Shown here piece after piece: positions 27,086-35,722 of a stretch of 64,000 bases of DNA. Made by a program: the position numbers and the translations under genes. Each line of letters opens with the position of its first letter. The stretch's first letter is position 1. Source of the stretch: Dehalococcoidia bacterium. GTDB lineage: Bacteria > Chloroflexota > Dehalococcoidia > Lucifugimonadales > UBA3495. The stretch spans positions 2,541,232 through 2,605,231 of the forward strand of contig OZ242013.1 in the NCBI GenBank assembly GCA_965204805.1, in the 5' to 3' direction. The notes below the pieces were generated by a model. It was not told where the DNA came from and searched no databases. It saw only the letters and a list, made by a program, of their open reading frames with translations.

Positions 27086-27188
27086 GTCTGAACTGTGATT
27101 TGTTTGATTTGAGGATTTTTGTGATTTTTCTCCTGAGCATCACCAGTAATCCTGAAAATCATTTAATCAAATAAATCACAGTTCAGAC
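27086..27188. repeat. PAL-GATT palindromic intergenic repeat, copy D
   Basis: Lies in the divergent promoter region between the cupin and SDR genes, with the same termini. Confidence 0.85.
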
Positions 27189-27231
27189 ACAAGGGGAGAA
27201 CGAGGAGAGTACCCGACAGGGAGGTATATTT

Positions 27232-27981
27232 ATGACGCGACTGGAAGGACGGACGGCCCTGGTCACCGGGGCGGGACGAAACATCGGGCGGGCCATTGCC
27301 CTGAAGCTGGCGGGCGAGGGGGCCAACGTGGTGGTCAATGCCCGCTCCAACCGCGATGAGGCGGAGGCGGTGGCCGAGGAGGCGCGGGGCCTGGGCGTGG
27401 AGTCCATGGCGGCGCTGGCCGACGTGGCCGACCACGAGCAGGTGTCGCGGATGTTCGCCGCCGCCGCCGAGCGGTTCGGGCAGGTGGACGTGCTGGTCAG
27501 CAACGCCGCCATCCGCCCGCACAAGCCCTTCACCGAGCTGGCGCTGGCCGACTGGGAGCGGGTGCGCGGCGTGGTGCTGGACGGCGCGTTCTACTGCGCC
27601 CGCAACGCCCTGCCGGCGATGCAGGCCAACGGCTTCGGGCGCATCGTGTTCCTCACCGGCGACGGGGCCTGGAACGGCTCGGCGGAGCGTTCCCACGTGT
27701 CGGCGGCCAAGATGGGCATCGTGGGCCTGGCCCGGGGGCTGGCCTCGGAGTTCGCGCCCCACAACGTGCGGGTCAACGTGGTCTCGCCGGGACGCATAGA
27801 CACCAGCCGCGACCTGTCGTGGTATCCGGGGCAGAACATGGCGGACACGGCGGAGATTCCCCTGGGTCGCCTGGGCCACGTGGACGACATCGCCGCCGCC
27901 TGCGTGTTCCTGGCCACAGACGACTGCGGCTTCATCACCGGGCAGACGCTGCACGTGAACGGGGGGACGGCGTATTTCTGA
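27232..27981 (+). CDS. SDR-family oxidoreductase (FabG-like)
   Basis: TGAGRNIGRAIA, NAAI and S...YxxxK-like (SAAKMG) motifs. C-terminus is ITGQTLHVNGG. Confidence 0.9.
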   Translation: MTRLEGRTALVTGAGRNIGRAIALKLAGEGANVVVNARSNRDEAEAVAEEARGLGVESMAALADVADHEQVSRMFAAAAERFGQVDVLVSNAAIRPHKPFTELALADWERVRGVVLDGAFYCARNALPAMQANGFGRIVFLTGDGAWNGSAERSHVSAAKMGIVGLARGLASEFAPHNVRVNVVSPGRIDTSRDLSWYPGQNMADTAEIPLGRLGHVDDIAAACVFLATDDCGFITGQTLHVNGGTAYF

Positions 27982-28043
27982 GGGGCGTCCCAGCATACCT
28001 GCCGTTGCTATACTGTCCTCAAACTTCACGGGCGTGGCTTGAA

Positions 28044-28382
28044 ATGATTGAAACAACGCCGCCGGAAAGCAGCGAAGAGCTCCCGGACCCGGAAACCTAC
28101 GGGGCCGAAGAGCGTCTGGCCGACGCGCTGGAGCAACTCCCTACCCCCGAAATGGTCAGGACATTAGGAGAGTTGCTAAAACCCGACGAACTGCGGGAAG
28201 TGGCCGAAGGGCTGCTGATTGATTGCGCCCAAGCCGTCCGCAAAGGAAATCTCCTGGAAAGCGCTGAGGCCATTAACGGTTGGACTGCGACAGCGGAAGA
28301 GATTATCACGACAAGAGGGCGATTCAGCGCCCTCAAGAAGACAATGGAAGAGATAAGAGCCAAATACCAGAAGACTGAGTAA
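28044..28382 (+). CDS. putative antitoxin-like small acidic protein
   Basis: 112 aa, directly upstream of a RelE/ParE-like ORF. No recognised domain. Confidence 0.35.
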   Translation: MIETTPPESSEELPDPETYGAEERLADALEQLPTPEMVRTLGELLKPDELREVAEGLLIDCAQAVRKGNLLESAEAINGWTATAEEIITTRGRFSALKKTMEEIRAKYQKTE

Positions 28383-28456
28383 AGACTGTTGTTGTCCGGC
28401 CAATATCAAGTAATCATGCTTCCACGACCGCCAGGTTCATCGACCGCCACCCCGAC

Positions 28457-28657
28457 TTGGCGGCCCGCGTCAGCGGCATACTTCAATACCTGTCCGTGAA
28501 TCCATACGCCGGGCCAAGGATTACGCATCTGAAAGGCCGGTTCCACTGTCGCCGCAGGTGGCGGGAAGGCGACTACCGAATCCTCTACGACGTCATTGAA
28601 GACGACCGGGTGGTTGAAATTTTCGACGCGGACAATCGCGGCCAGATTTACAGGTAA
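28457..28657 (+). CDS. RelE/ParE-fold toxin, N-terminus atypical or decayed
   Basis: ...L..NPYAGPRITHLKGRFHCRRRWREGDYRILYDVIEDDRVVEIFDADNRGQIY. The frame is open from about 28400 but has no ATG/GTG before the TTG at 28457. Confidence 0.45.
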   Translation: MAARVSGILQYLSVNPYAGPRITHLKGRFHCRRRWREGDYRILYDVIEDDRVVEIFDADNRGQIYR

Positions 28658-28661
28658 TCTG

Positions 28662-28752
28662 GCCGCCTGCGTGTTCCTGGCCACGGACGACTGCGGCTTC
28701 ATCACCGGGCAGACCATCCACGTGAACGGGGGAACGGCGTACTTCTGAGGGG
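28662..28752 (+). pseudogene. orphan duplicate of the SDR gene 3' end (last ~28 codons plus stop)
   Basis: About 90 bp matching 27895-27985. It encodes AACVFLATDDCGFITGQTIHVNGGTAYF* against ...QTLHVNGGTAYF*. Confidence 0.75.
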
Positions 28753-28771
28753 TACTTGGGAGCCACAATTG

Positions 28772-28800
28772 TTGCATAATCAAATAAATGATTTTATAAT
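28772..28800 (+). promoter_or_regulatory. sigma70-like promoter TTGCAT-N17-TATAAT
   Basis: Consensus -10 and 17-nt spacing, upstream of the 28914 gene. Confidence 0.4.
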
Positions 28801-28831
28801 CTGTTTGATTCAACAATCATCATGCAGCAGG

Positions 28832-28897
28832 GAATATAACGCCACTCGCGCGGCGCGCCCGCTCCCGGCGCGACACGCGGCGAAGGGCGTTATATTC
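28832..28897 (+). promoter_or_regulatory. structured 5' leader: 12-bp stem GAATATAACGCC/GGCGTTATATTC enclosing a 42-nt GC-rich insert
   Basis: Perfect inverted repeat ending 16 nt before the ATG at 28914. Confidence 0.35.
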
Positions 28898-28913
28898 TGC
28901 AAAACGGAAGCGG

Positions 28914-31859
28914 ATGAACCAACAAGCCCGCAAGACCATCGGCGTCGCACTGCTCCTGGCCGCGGCCCTCCTCGCTATTCTGGTTGTTACCGTTCTTTCG
29001 TCCTCGTCCCCGCCCGGAGTTGCCGCGCACGAGTGCGCCCCTGATCCCACCCCGAATCACCAAGACTCCCGTGGGGCGGATTGCGATACTAACGAACACC
29101 GCGACCCTGATCACCAAGCCCCCCGCAAGGTCAACACAGTGGACGGGGGAAGAGACCGGAAGCTGGTGTTCCATGTCAGTGCGGGAGAAGGCAGCAGCTA
29201 CCTTGGCGAAAACGACCAGATCGAATTCATGCTGCCGGGGTTTGACCTGCCAAATAGCATTGACAAAGAACTCATAAAACTTTCCGGCAGCGGTGACCCC
29301 GATGACCAAGACCCTCTCAACCCGTCGTCTGCCACCCCTGGCGTCGGCAATTTACTAACCCTGGCTTTGCCACCTGGGCTTGCAACCAGAATCGGCGCTC
29401 ACGAGTACCTCATCGTTACCATTGAAAAAGGAACCGGTATCCTAACGCCGGAAATTCCCAAAGGGTTCGACGACTCTGATGAAGGATACAGTGTCGGCAT
29501 TACCTTAATCGATAAGGCAAACACCAACAATCCGAGCCGGAGTGATCCTCAGTACGAAAACATCGTAGTGGTCAGGAACCCTGTCAGTTCCACCGTTCCC
29601 AGCGATACGGTGCACGTTGAGCTGGCAACACACACGGAAATGGATCTCAAAAGCGGCGATGAAATCACGGTGGATTTTTCCGGCCCTTCCGCCGATTCTG
29701 ACTTCGTCGTTCCGGCCAGCAGAGTAACCAAAGGCAGGATTAAGATAGACCCCGATGATCCTAATGTCATGCCAAGTTCCTTCCCACCTTCGGATGTCCT
29801 GGTTCAGGGCGCCAGGGTGACACTAACTATTCCGAGAATAGATGAAGCCGAGATAAATTGGGCAGGCGACTACACTATTTCCTTCACCTCCGCCGCCGGC
29901 ATCAAGAACCCCTTTGCCGCCGGTAACCATGTCATAAAGGTTTGGTCCTCTGTCGAGGGAGAAGACAAAGGAGACGATATAACGGCGGTAATACGGCGGA
30001 CAACCACGATAGATACCGAGGAAGGCCCTCGCGGAACTGAGTTCATCCTGACGGGCAAGGGCTACCCACCTGGCACGGTCACCGTCTACCACGACGCCGA
30101 CTGCGACGGGAAAATCGACGCCGGGGAAACCCTGGCTTCCAGGAACACCACGAGGGGCGTGTTTAACGTTGACCTGGTAGCCCGCGAGCCCCGCGAACTG
30201 GATATTCCTGAGTGCCGCCCATTGAATCCCCTTGAGTACCGGGTCAAGGCCAAGGACAGCGAAGGAGTGGACGCTGAGGTGGTTTTCCGCATCGAAAGCG
30301 GTATCCTCTTCGTCCCGGACCCGGCCCAGGTCGGCTCGCCGCTGAAAATCACCATCTCGGACTGGAAGAACCCCAATGAGCACGTGGCCGTCGTCAATAT
30401 TGCCGGTGAACCGGCCTACGTCACGGGCGTGAAAGCGTATAGCAACTGCATCGACTATACCGGCGAATTCAGGGCGAACGACGACCGCGTGATGTCCCTT
30501 GAGGTCCTGGTTCCTGTGCACGTGCCGCCGGGGGAGCAGACGGTTGCGCTCTATGACCATGGAGAGTTGGTGAATTATCTGGTAGATGAAAAAGGCAAAT
30601 ATGTGCTCGATGATGAAGACAACAAGATTCAATACACCGAGGTTGTGGATGTGTGCTCCGACCTGCCTTCAAACAAAAAAAGGGGAAGCAGGGTTGACAG
30701 CAATTTGGTGGCTGAGCTGAAGGAGGAGCCGTCGCCACCAATAATCAAGGCAACCGTCAAGATAGTGGAGCAGAACTTGACGCTGACCCCGGACACGGCG
30801 GCGCGGGGGCAGAAGGTCACCATTACCGCCACCGGGTTCACCCGGGCCGCAAGGGGAGAGGACCACATCAGGTCGGTGTGGATCGGGGGCGTGAGGGTTC
30901 CCGACGACCATTCAGAGTTCGAGGTGGGAACCAACCGCGACATCGCTTTCACCGTCACCGTCCCGCTGGACGTTGCCGACGGGCCCAATGAGGTGCTGAT
31001 AGAAGGCGCAGACCACACCCTGGGCCAAGCGACGCTGGAGATACCGAAAGCGTCCATCACCCTCGCCCCGCCGCAGGGACAGCGAGGCACGGAGCTTACG
31101 GTGACCGGCAGCGGCTTCGTCGCCAAGGAAGCGGTGCTGCTGTCCTACCACAGCGGGGCGCTTATCACGTCCGCAACCACCGAACTGGCAAGTTCAGGGA
31201 TACTGGCCGATGCCCAGGGCGGGTTTGAGTTGCCTTTCAAGGTGCCGGTCACCGCCGAGGTGGGATTGAGCCACCTGGTCACTGCGGTGAGCAAGGCGGA
31301 TACCCCCGCAGCGGTCAGGGCCGAGGCCAGCCACCTGGTCACCCGGACCGACATCACGACCACGCCCGGTTCGGTATCGCCGGGCGATCACCTGGCCATC
31401 AGCGCCCGTCGCATGCCGCCCTTCACGCTGGTCGGCCCCATAAAAATCGCCAGCATACCCCTCAGCCTCCCTCCCGGAGTCGCCACTGATGAAGACGGCT
31501 CCTTCGAGACGAAGGTCCTGATTCCCCATATCGAATATGGAGACCATACCCTGCTGGTCCAGGTGGCCGGGGTGATAATTCCCCACGTAGTCGAGGTGGC
31601 CCCCCCACCCCTCAGCGGCCCGCCCGGCCAGGTGTTCAAATACCCAATCAGGAGCGGGACATTATCAACGGTATGGCACTACGACAACGCCACCCAGTTG
31701 TGGAGCCTGTTCGACCCATTGCTCAATGGGGAGATGGCGGAACTGAACGACCTGACGGAGGTCGGCAGCGGCGACATAGTGTGGGTCAATGTGAGCGAAC
31801 CGCTGTTCTTCCAGGGGAACAGTCTGAAGTCCGGCTGGAACCTGGTCAAGCTGGAGTAG
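28914..31859 (+). CDS. large secreted/anchored surface protein with IPT/TIG-like Ig-fold repeats
   Basis: N-terminal TM/signal (IGVALLLAAALLAILVV). Repeated G(Q/P)(K/R)GTE(L/F).(V/L)TG.GF units. Confidence 0.6.
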   Translation: MNQQARKTIGVALLLAAALLAILVVTVLSSSSPPGVAAHECAPDPTPNHQDSRGADCDTNEHRDPDHQAPRKVNTVDGGRDRKLVFHVSAGEGSSYLGENDQIEFMLPGFDLPNSIDKELIKLSGSGDPDDQDPLNPSSATPGVGNLLTLALPPGLATRIGAHEYLIVTIEKGTGILTPEIPKGFDDSDEGYSVGITLIDKANTNNPSRSDPQYENIVVVRNPVSSTVPSDTVHVELATHTEMDLKSGDEITVDFSGPSADSDFVVPASRVTKGRIKIDPDDPNVMPSSFPPSDVLVQGARVTLTIPRIDEAEINWAGDYTISFTSAAGIKNPFAAGNHVIKVWSSVEGEDKGDDITAVIRRTTTIDTEEGPRGTEFILTGKGYPPGTVTVYHDADCDGKIDAGETLASRNTTRGVFNVDLVAREPRELDIPECRPLNPLEYRVKAKDSEGVDAEVVFRIESGILFVPDPAQVGSPLKITISDWKNPNEHVAVVNIAGEPAYVTGVKAYSNCIDYTGEFRANDDRVMSLEVLVPVHVPPGEQTVALYDHGELVNYLVDEKGKYVLDDEDNKIQYTEVVDVCSDLPSNKKRGSRVDSNLVAELKEEPSPPIIKATVKIVEQNLTLTPDTAARGQKVTITATGFTRAARGEDHIRSVWIGGVRVPDDHSEFEVGTNRDIAFTVTVPLDVADGPNEVLIEGADHTLGQATLEIPKASITLAPPQGQRGTELTVTGSGFVAKEAVLLSYHSGALITSATTELASSGILADAQGGFELPFKVPVTAEVGLSHLVTAVSKADTPAAVRAEASHLVTRTDITTTPGSVSPGDHLAISARRMPPFTLVGPIKIASIPLSLPPGVATDEDGSFETKVLIPHIEYGDHTLLVQVAGVIIPHVVEVAPPPLSGPPGQVFKYPIRSGTLSTVWHYDNATQLWSLFDPLLNGEMAELNDLTEVGSGDIVWVNVSEPLFFQGNSLKSGWNLVKLE

Positions 31860-31931
31860 ACCGGCCAGAGGGCGGTTGCGAACTCCAGCAGCGAGAGGAT
31901 TGGGGCATAGGCGCGTTTTTTGATGCCACGA

Positions 31932-31966
31932 TCTCACCCTAACCCTCTCCCTCAAGGGAACGAGGA
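31932..31966. repeat. H-hairpin repeat (degenerate right arm)
   Basis: CACCCTAACCCTCTCCCTCAAGGGAACGAGG. Confidence 0.6.
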
Positions 31967-31968
31967 CT

Positions 31969-32643
31969 TTAGCGGAAGCGGAACTCTTTCAGGTTGGGCG
32001 ATACGTTCAGCCTGGCCCCGGTGAGTTCCTGGATTTCCTCGGGGTTCCAGCCGGGGGCGTTCTCCACCAGCTCGAAGCCGTCGGGGGTGATGGTGAACAG
32101 GCCCAGGTCGGTGACCAGCATCTTGACCACGCCGGGGGCGGTGATGGGGAGCTTGCAGCGCTTGAGCAGGCGGGGCTCGCCCTCGCGGGTGGTGTGCTCC
32201 ATGGCGATGAAGACGCGCTTGGCGCAGGCCGCCAGGTCCATGGCGCCGCCGATGCCGCCGCCCTTGCGGGTGGGGATGCGCCAGTTGGCGAAGTCGCCGT
32301 TCTCCGCCACCTCGTAGGCGCCCATCACCGTAACGTCAATCATGCCGCCGCGAATCATCATGAAGGAATCGGCGTGATGCACAATCGCCATGCCCTCCAG
32401 GGGCGTCACGTGCTGCCCGCCGGCGTTGACCAGGTGCCGGTCTTCGTGGCCCTCTGCGGCCAGCGGGCCGTAGCCCACAACGCCGTTCTCCGAGTGATTG
32501 ATGATTTCCCGCGAAGGGTCAACGTAGTTGGAGCAGAGGGTGGGCATTCCCACGCCCAGGTTGACGATCCAGCCGTCCTGGAACTCCATCGCCAGGCGGT
32601 CGCACATCTGCTGGCGGGTCAGCTTCGTCTTTTCGGCGGTCAT
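31969..32643 (-). CDS. scoB: 3-oxoacid CoA-transferase subunit B
   Basis: Class I CoA-transferase beta-subunit motifs (NLGVGMPT, SENG). Confidence 0.85.
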   Translation of the reverse strand: MTAEKTKLTRQQMCDRLAMEFQDGWIVNLGVGMPTLCSNYVDPSREIINHSENGVVGYGPLAAEGHEDRHLVNAGGQHVTPLEGMAIVHHADSFMMIRGGMIDVTVMGAYEVAENGDFANWRIPTRKGGGIGGAMDLAACAKRVFIAMEHTTREGEPRLLKRCKLPITAPGVVKMLVTDLGLFTITPDGFELVENAPGWNPEEIQELTGARLNVSPNLKEFRFR

Positions 32644-32666
32644 TTCAATGCTCCTTAGGGGGACGT

Positions 32667-33383
32667 CTAAAGCCCCGGCTTGGCGCCGGACCAGATGCCG
32701 TCCTCGGGGATTCTTACGATGCGGTCTACGTAGATGCCGGAGACGTGGACCTGGTCGGGGTCTATCTCCCCGATTTCCACCACGTCGTTCTCAACCTCGA
32801 CGATGGTGGTCGCGGCGGCCATGGCCATGATGGGGTTGAAGTTGCGCTGGGAAAGGCGGAACTGGAGGTTGCCGAACTTGTCAGCCTTCCAGGCGCGAAC
32901 CAGGGCATAGTCGGCGTGGAGGGGGTATTCGAGGACGTAGGTGCGGCCGTTAATCTCGCGGTGTTCCTTGCCCTCGGCCAGCTCGGTGCCTACCGACGTG
33001 GGCGTGTAGAACCCGCCGATGCCGGCGGCGGCGATACGGATGCGCTCGGCCAGGGTGCCCTGCGGCACCAGCTCGGCGTCCACCAAGCCCTCGTTGTACA
33101 TCCGCACGAAGGGGGTGACCATCGAGGGGTGCGTCGGGGCGGTGAAGGCGCAGACCATCTTCTTGACCTGCCCCGCCTCGACCAGGGTGCCGACGTCCAC
33201 CAGCTCGTCGAGGGTGCCGGCATTGTTTGAGATGCAGGTGAGTTCCCTGGCGCCCTGGCGGTTGACGGCGGCCAGGAGGTTGCGTGGAACGCCGACGCCG
33301 GAGAAGCCGGGGCACATGATGGTGGAGCCGTCGGGGATGTCGGCCACCGCCTCATCCATGGTGGCGTACACCTTGTTCTTCAT
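32667..33383 (-). CDS. scoA: 3-oxoacid CoA-transferase subunit A
   Basis: MKNKVYATMDEAVADIPDGSTIM.PGF.G.G.P typical N-terminus, adjacent to subunit B. Confidence 0.85.
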   Translation of the reverse strand: MKNKVYATMDEAVADIPDGSTIMCPGFSGVGVPRNLLAAVNRQGARELTCISNNAGTLDELVDVGTLVEAGQVKKMVCAFTAPTHPSMVTPFVRMYNEGLVDAELVPQGTLAERIRIAAAGIGGFYTPTSVGTELAEGKEHREINGRTYVLEYPLHADYALVRAWKADKFGNLQFRLSQRNFNPIMAMAAATTIVEVENDVVEIGEIDPDQVHVSGIYVDRIVRIPEDGIWSGAKPGL

Positions 33384-33627
33384 GGGCGCGTACCTTCCAG
33401 ATAGATTACCGCCCCGTATCAAGTACGGGGTGGCGTTCCTTCACGGGAATGACGGGGAATGACGGCAGGGTAATTGAGACAAATACTAGCTCAGAGAGCG
33501 GCGGCGCGCCACATTTTATCACGGCGGCACGGAGCGGCGGCATGGTCAAAGGCCCGCGCCCCTTGACAACAGAAGAGGTTAGGCCAAAATATCCAAAGAG
33601 CAATCGACCCATAGAGGAGTCTTTAAT

Positions 33628-34686
33628 ATGGTAGCAACCAATCATCTAACCTATACCTACGTCGGTATGGCCGGCGAGGGAGACTTCATCGGCGAGGGCG
33701 GGATTTTCCGCCAGGCCGACGGCCAGGACGGCTGGGACGACATTTCCGCCGGGCTGCCCGGCGAGCCGCAGGTGCGGGCGCTGTTGCTGAAAGCGGACAA
33801 CTCCGCCGTGGTGTTTGCGGGCACGCAGGACGGCGTGTACCGGAGCGCGGACCGGGGATCGAGCTGGCAGCGGCTTCCGGACCCGGCCGAGGGACGCGAG
33901 GTGTGGTCGCTGGCGGCCCATCCGTCGAACCCCAACACCATTTTCGTCGGCTACGAACCCTGCGCCATCGCCCGCTCGCAGGACGGGGGCGAGACCTGGC
34001 AGGAAATGGACACCAGCAAGGTCATCTACCCCCACATCACCACCTACATGCCGCCGCTGGGCAAGCGGGTCATCGGCATATCAATTGACCCGGTGGACTC
34101 GAACAACGTGTACGCAGCCATCGAGGTGGGCGGCCTGCTGGCCAGCCGCGACGGCGGGGAGACCTGGGCGCAGCTGATGGACGGCCCGTATCTCCGCAAC
34201 AACACCCTGGACCTTCACGAGGTTGTGGTGAGCTCGGCGGACCACGACACCGTGCAGATTGCCACGCAGATAGCGATGTTCCGGGGAAAGAACAACGGGA
34301 CGCGCTGGGAGCACGTTCAGGTGGACGATATGTTCCCGGGCGGCTCCTACTGCCGCGACCTGGCCGTGGCGCCGGACGACCCGAACACCATCTACCTGGC
34401 ATCGGGAGCCGGCGGCGGCGCGGCCCCGCCGGATACGGTGCCGGAAGGGGCGCTGTTCCGCAGCCGGGACGTGGGCGAGACCTGGGAGCGGCTGGACCTG
34501 GGCGACGTTCCGCCGGGACGTATGATGCAGGTCGCTATCGACCCCGCCGCGCCGTCGCGCATCAGTTGCGCGTCGTATTCGGGCGAGGTCTACAGCAGTC
34601 ACGACGGCGGGCAGACCTGGAGCAAGACGATGCTGCCGGTGGAGTCCACGCGGTCGCTGCACATCTACCCGATGGTCTGCGGTTAA
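33628..34686 (+). CDS. BNR/Asp-box repeat beta-propeller protein (Ycf48/sialidase-like fold)
   Basis: Five S.D.G.(S/T)W motifs (SADRGSSW, SQDGGETW, SRDGGETW, SRDVGETW, SHDGGQTW). Confidence 0.7.
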   Translation: MVATNHLTYTYVGMAGEGDFIGEGGIFRQADGQDGWDDISAGLPGEPQVRALLLKADNSAVVFAGTQDGVYRSADRGSSWQRLPDPAEGREVWSLAAHPSNPNTIFVGYEPCAIARSQDGGETWQEMDTSKVIYPHITTYMPPLGKRVIGISIDPVDSNNVYAAIEVGGLLASRDGGETWAQLMDGPYLRNNTLDLHEVVVSSADHDTVQIATQIAMFRGKNNGTRWEHVQVDDMFPGGSYCRDLAVAPDDPNTIYLASGAGGGAAPPDTVPEGALFRSRDVGETWERLDLGDVPPGRMMQVAIDPAAPSRISCASYSGEVYSSHDGGQTWSKTMLPVESTRSLHIYPMVCG

Positions 34687-34703
34687 TTGACGCCTCCCCT
34701 TTG

Positions 34704-34800
34704 TCCTCTCCCTCTTGAGGGGAGGCCGGGATGGGGGTGAACCGTCGAGGAAAAGCGGGCCACACCCCCACCCTAACCCTCCCCCTGAGGGGGAGGGAAT
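34704..34800. repeat. two H-hairpin repeats (34704-34724 and 34761-34800)
   Basis: CCTCTCCCTCTTGAGGGGAGG, and a copy identical to 18122-18160. Confidence 0.8.
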
Positions 34801-35443
34801 GCCGATACCGAGGAGGGCCGGTTTGGCGACCTCTGCACTGACCAGAGCCACCTATCGCGTTACAGAAGATGTGCTGGCGGATATGGTGCTGGAAAAAAGC
34901 GAATTTCCCAGTGACTTCCAGACGCACCAGATAGTCCGGGAAGGAGAACTGGACAACGAGCAGTTGGCCCGCAACGGGTTTGCCGGCAGCACGGCCCAAC
35001 GCTTCCAGGAAGCGGGCCGGGTAACAGGCACCATGCGGGAACTGGGGCCGACGTCGAACATGGGGATGTCCGACGGCTTTGACTTCATGGCGGCGTCGGT
35101 GGTGCATCTCTTCGACAACCCGGAATCGGTGAGCCAGTGGATGCACGAAATCTTCCTCAAGGACTTCGAGGACCACGTGGGCGACAGCGTCGGGCAGGGG
35201 CATCAACTGGTTGCGGCGACCCGCGTGGCCACCGACGGCTTCTTCGACGAATCGGTGGCCCTCCACGTACTGCAGGGCGGCCCAACGGGGCTGATTTCCT
35301 CGACGGTGGTTGATTTCCGTCTGGGGCGCCTGCTGGGGGTGGCTTTCATCGGTACGATAGGCGACCACCGGCGACCGGAGTTGACGATGCAGATCGGGCG
35401 GGCGCTGGAGAAGCGCATGGCCGCGGTGGTGCTGGGGGTGTAG
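34799..35443 (+). CDS. hypothetical protein
   Basis: Coding-like composition. The start is chosen after the repeat-derived N-terminus. Confidence 0.4.
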   Translation: MPIPRRAGLATSALTRATYRVTEDVLADMVLEKSEFPSDFQTHQIVREGELDNEQLARNGFAGSTAQRFQEAGRVTGTMRELGPTSNMGMSDGFDFMAASVVHLFDNPESVSQWMHEIFLKDFEDHVGDSVGQGHQLVAATRVATDGFFDESVALHVLQGGPTGLISSTVVDFRLGRLLGVAFIGTIGDHRRPELTMQIGRALEKRMAAVVLGV

Positions 35444-35446
35444 GCG

Positions 35447-35722
35447 ATGGCGGCCAATGATATGACCGCACCGGAAGGACAGGCGAAGCGCTGGGAGAAG
35501 TACATAGACGAGGAATCCAGGCGCAATGTGCCAGTGCTACGCGAGAAGGGGTATTCGGTATGGTCGGTGGTTCGCAGCTACATATCCTGTGAGAAAGACA
35601 TAGACAGTACATTGGCTGATTACGGCGGCGACTTGACCATCGAGGAACTGGATGCTGTCCTGTCCTACTATCGCGCCAGACCCGAAGACATCGACCAGAA
35701 GCTGACAGAGATTTTCATGTAG
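35447..35722 (+). CDS. DUF433-domain protein (antitoxin-like)
   Basis: ...GYSVWSVVRSY......DYGGDLTIEELDAVLSYYRARPEDID matches the DUF433 pattern. Confidence 0.65.
   Translation: MAANDMTAPEGQAKRWEKYIDEESRRNVPVLREKGYSVWSVVRSYISCEKDIDSTLADYGGDLTIEELDAVLSYYRARPEDIDQKLTEIFM

Noticed and set aside
4821-27188. Possibility that the GATT-phased repeats are a CRISPR array.
   Set aside because: The copies are dispersed single palindromic units with no repeat-spacer alternation, and no cas genes are in the window.
28406-28816. 136-aa minus-strand ORF across the TA cassette and SDR fragment.
   Set aside because: It is antisense to the RelE-like ORF and to the conserved SDR 3' fragment, and it has no recognisable motifs.
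33565-33600. TTGACA upstream of the BNR-propeller gene as a promoter.
   Set aside because: No acceptable -10 hexamer occurs at 16-18 nt spacing, so the evidence is too weak to list as a feature.
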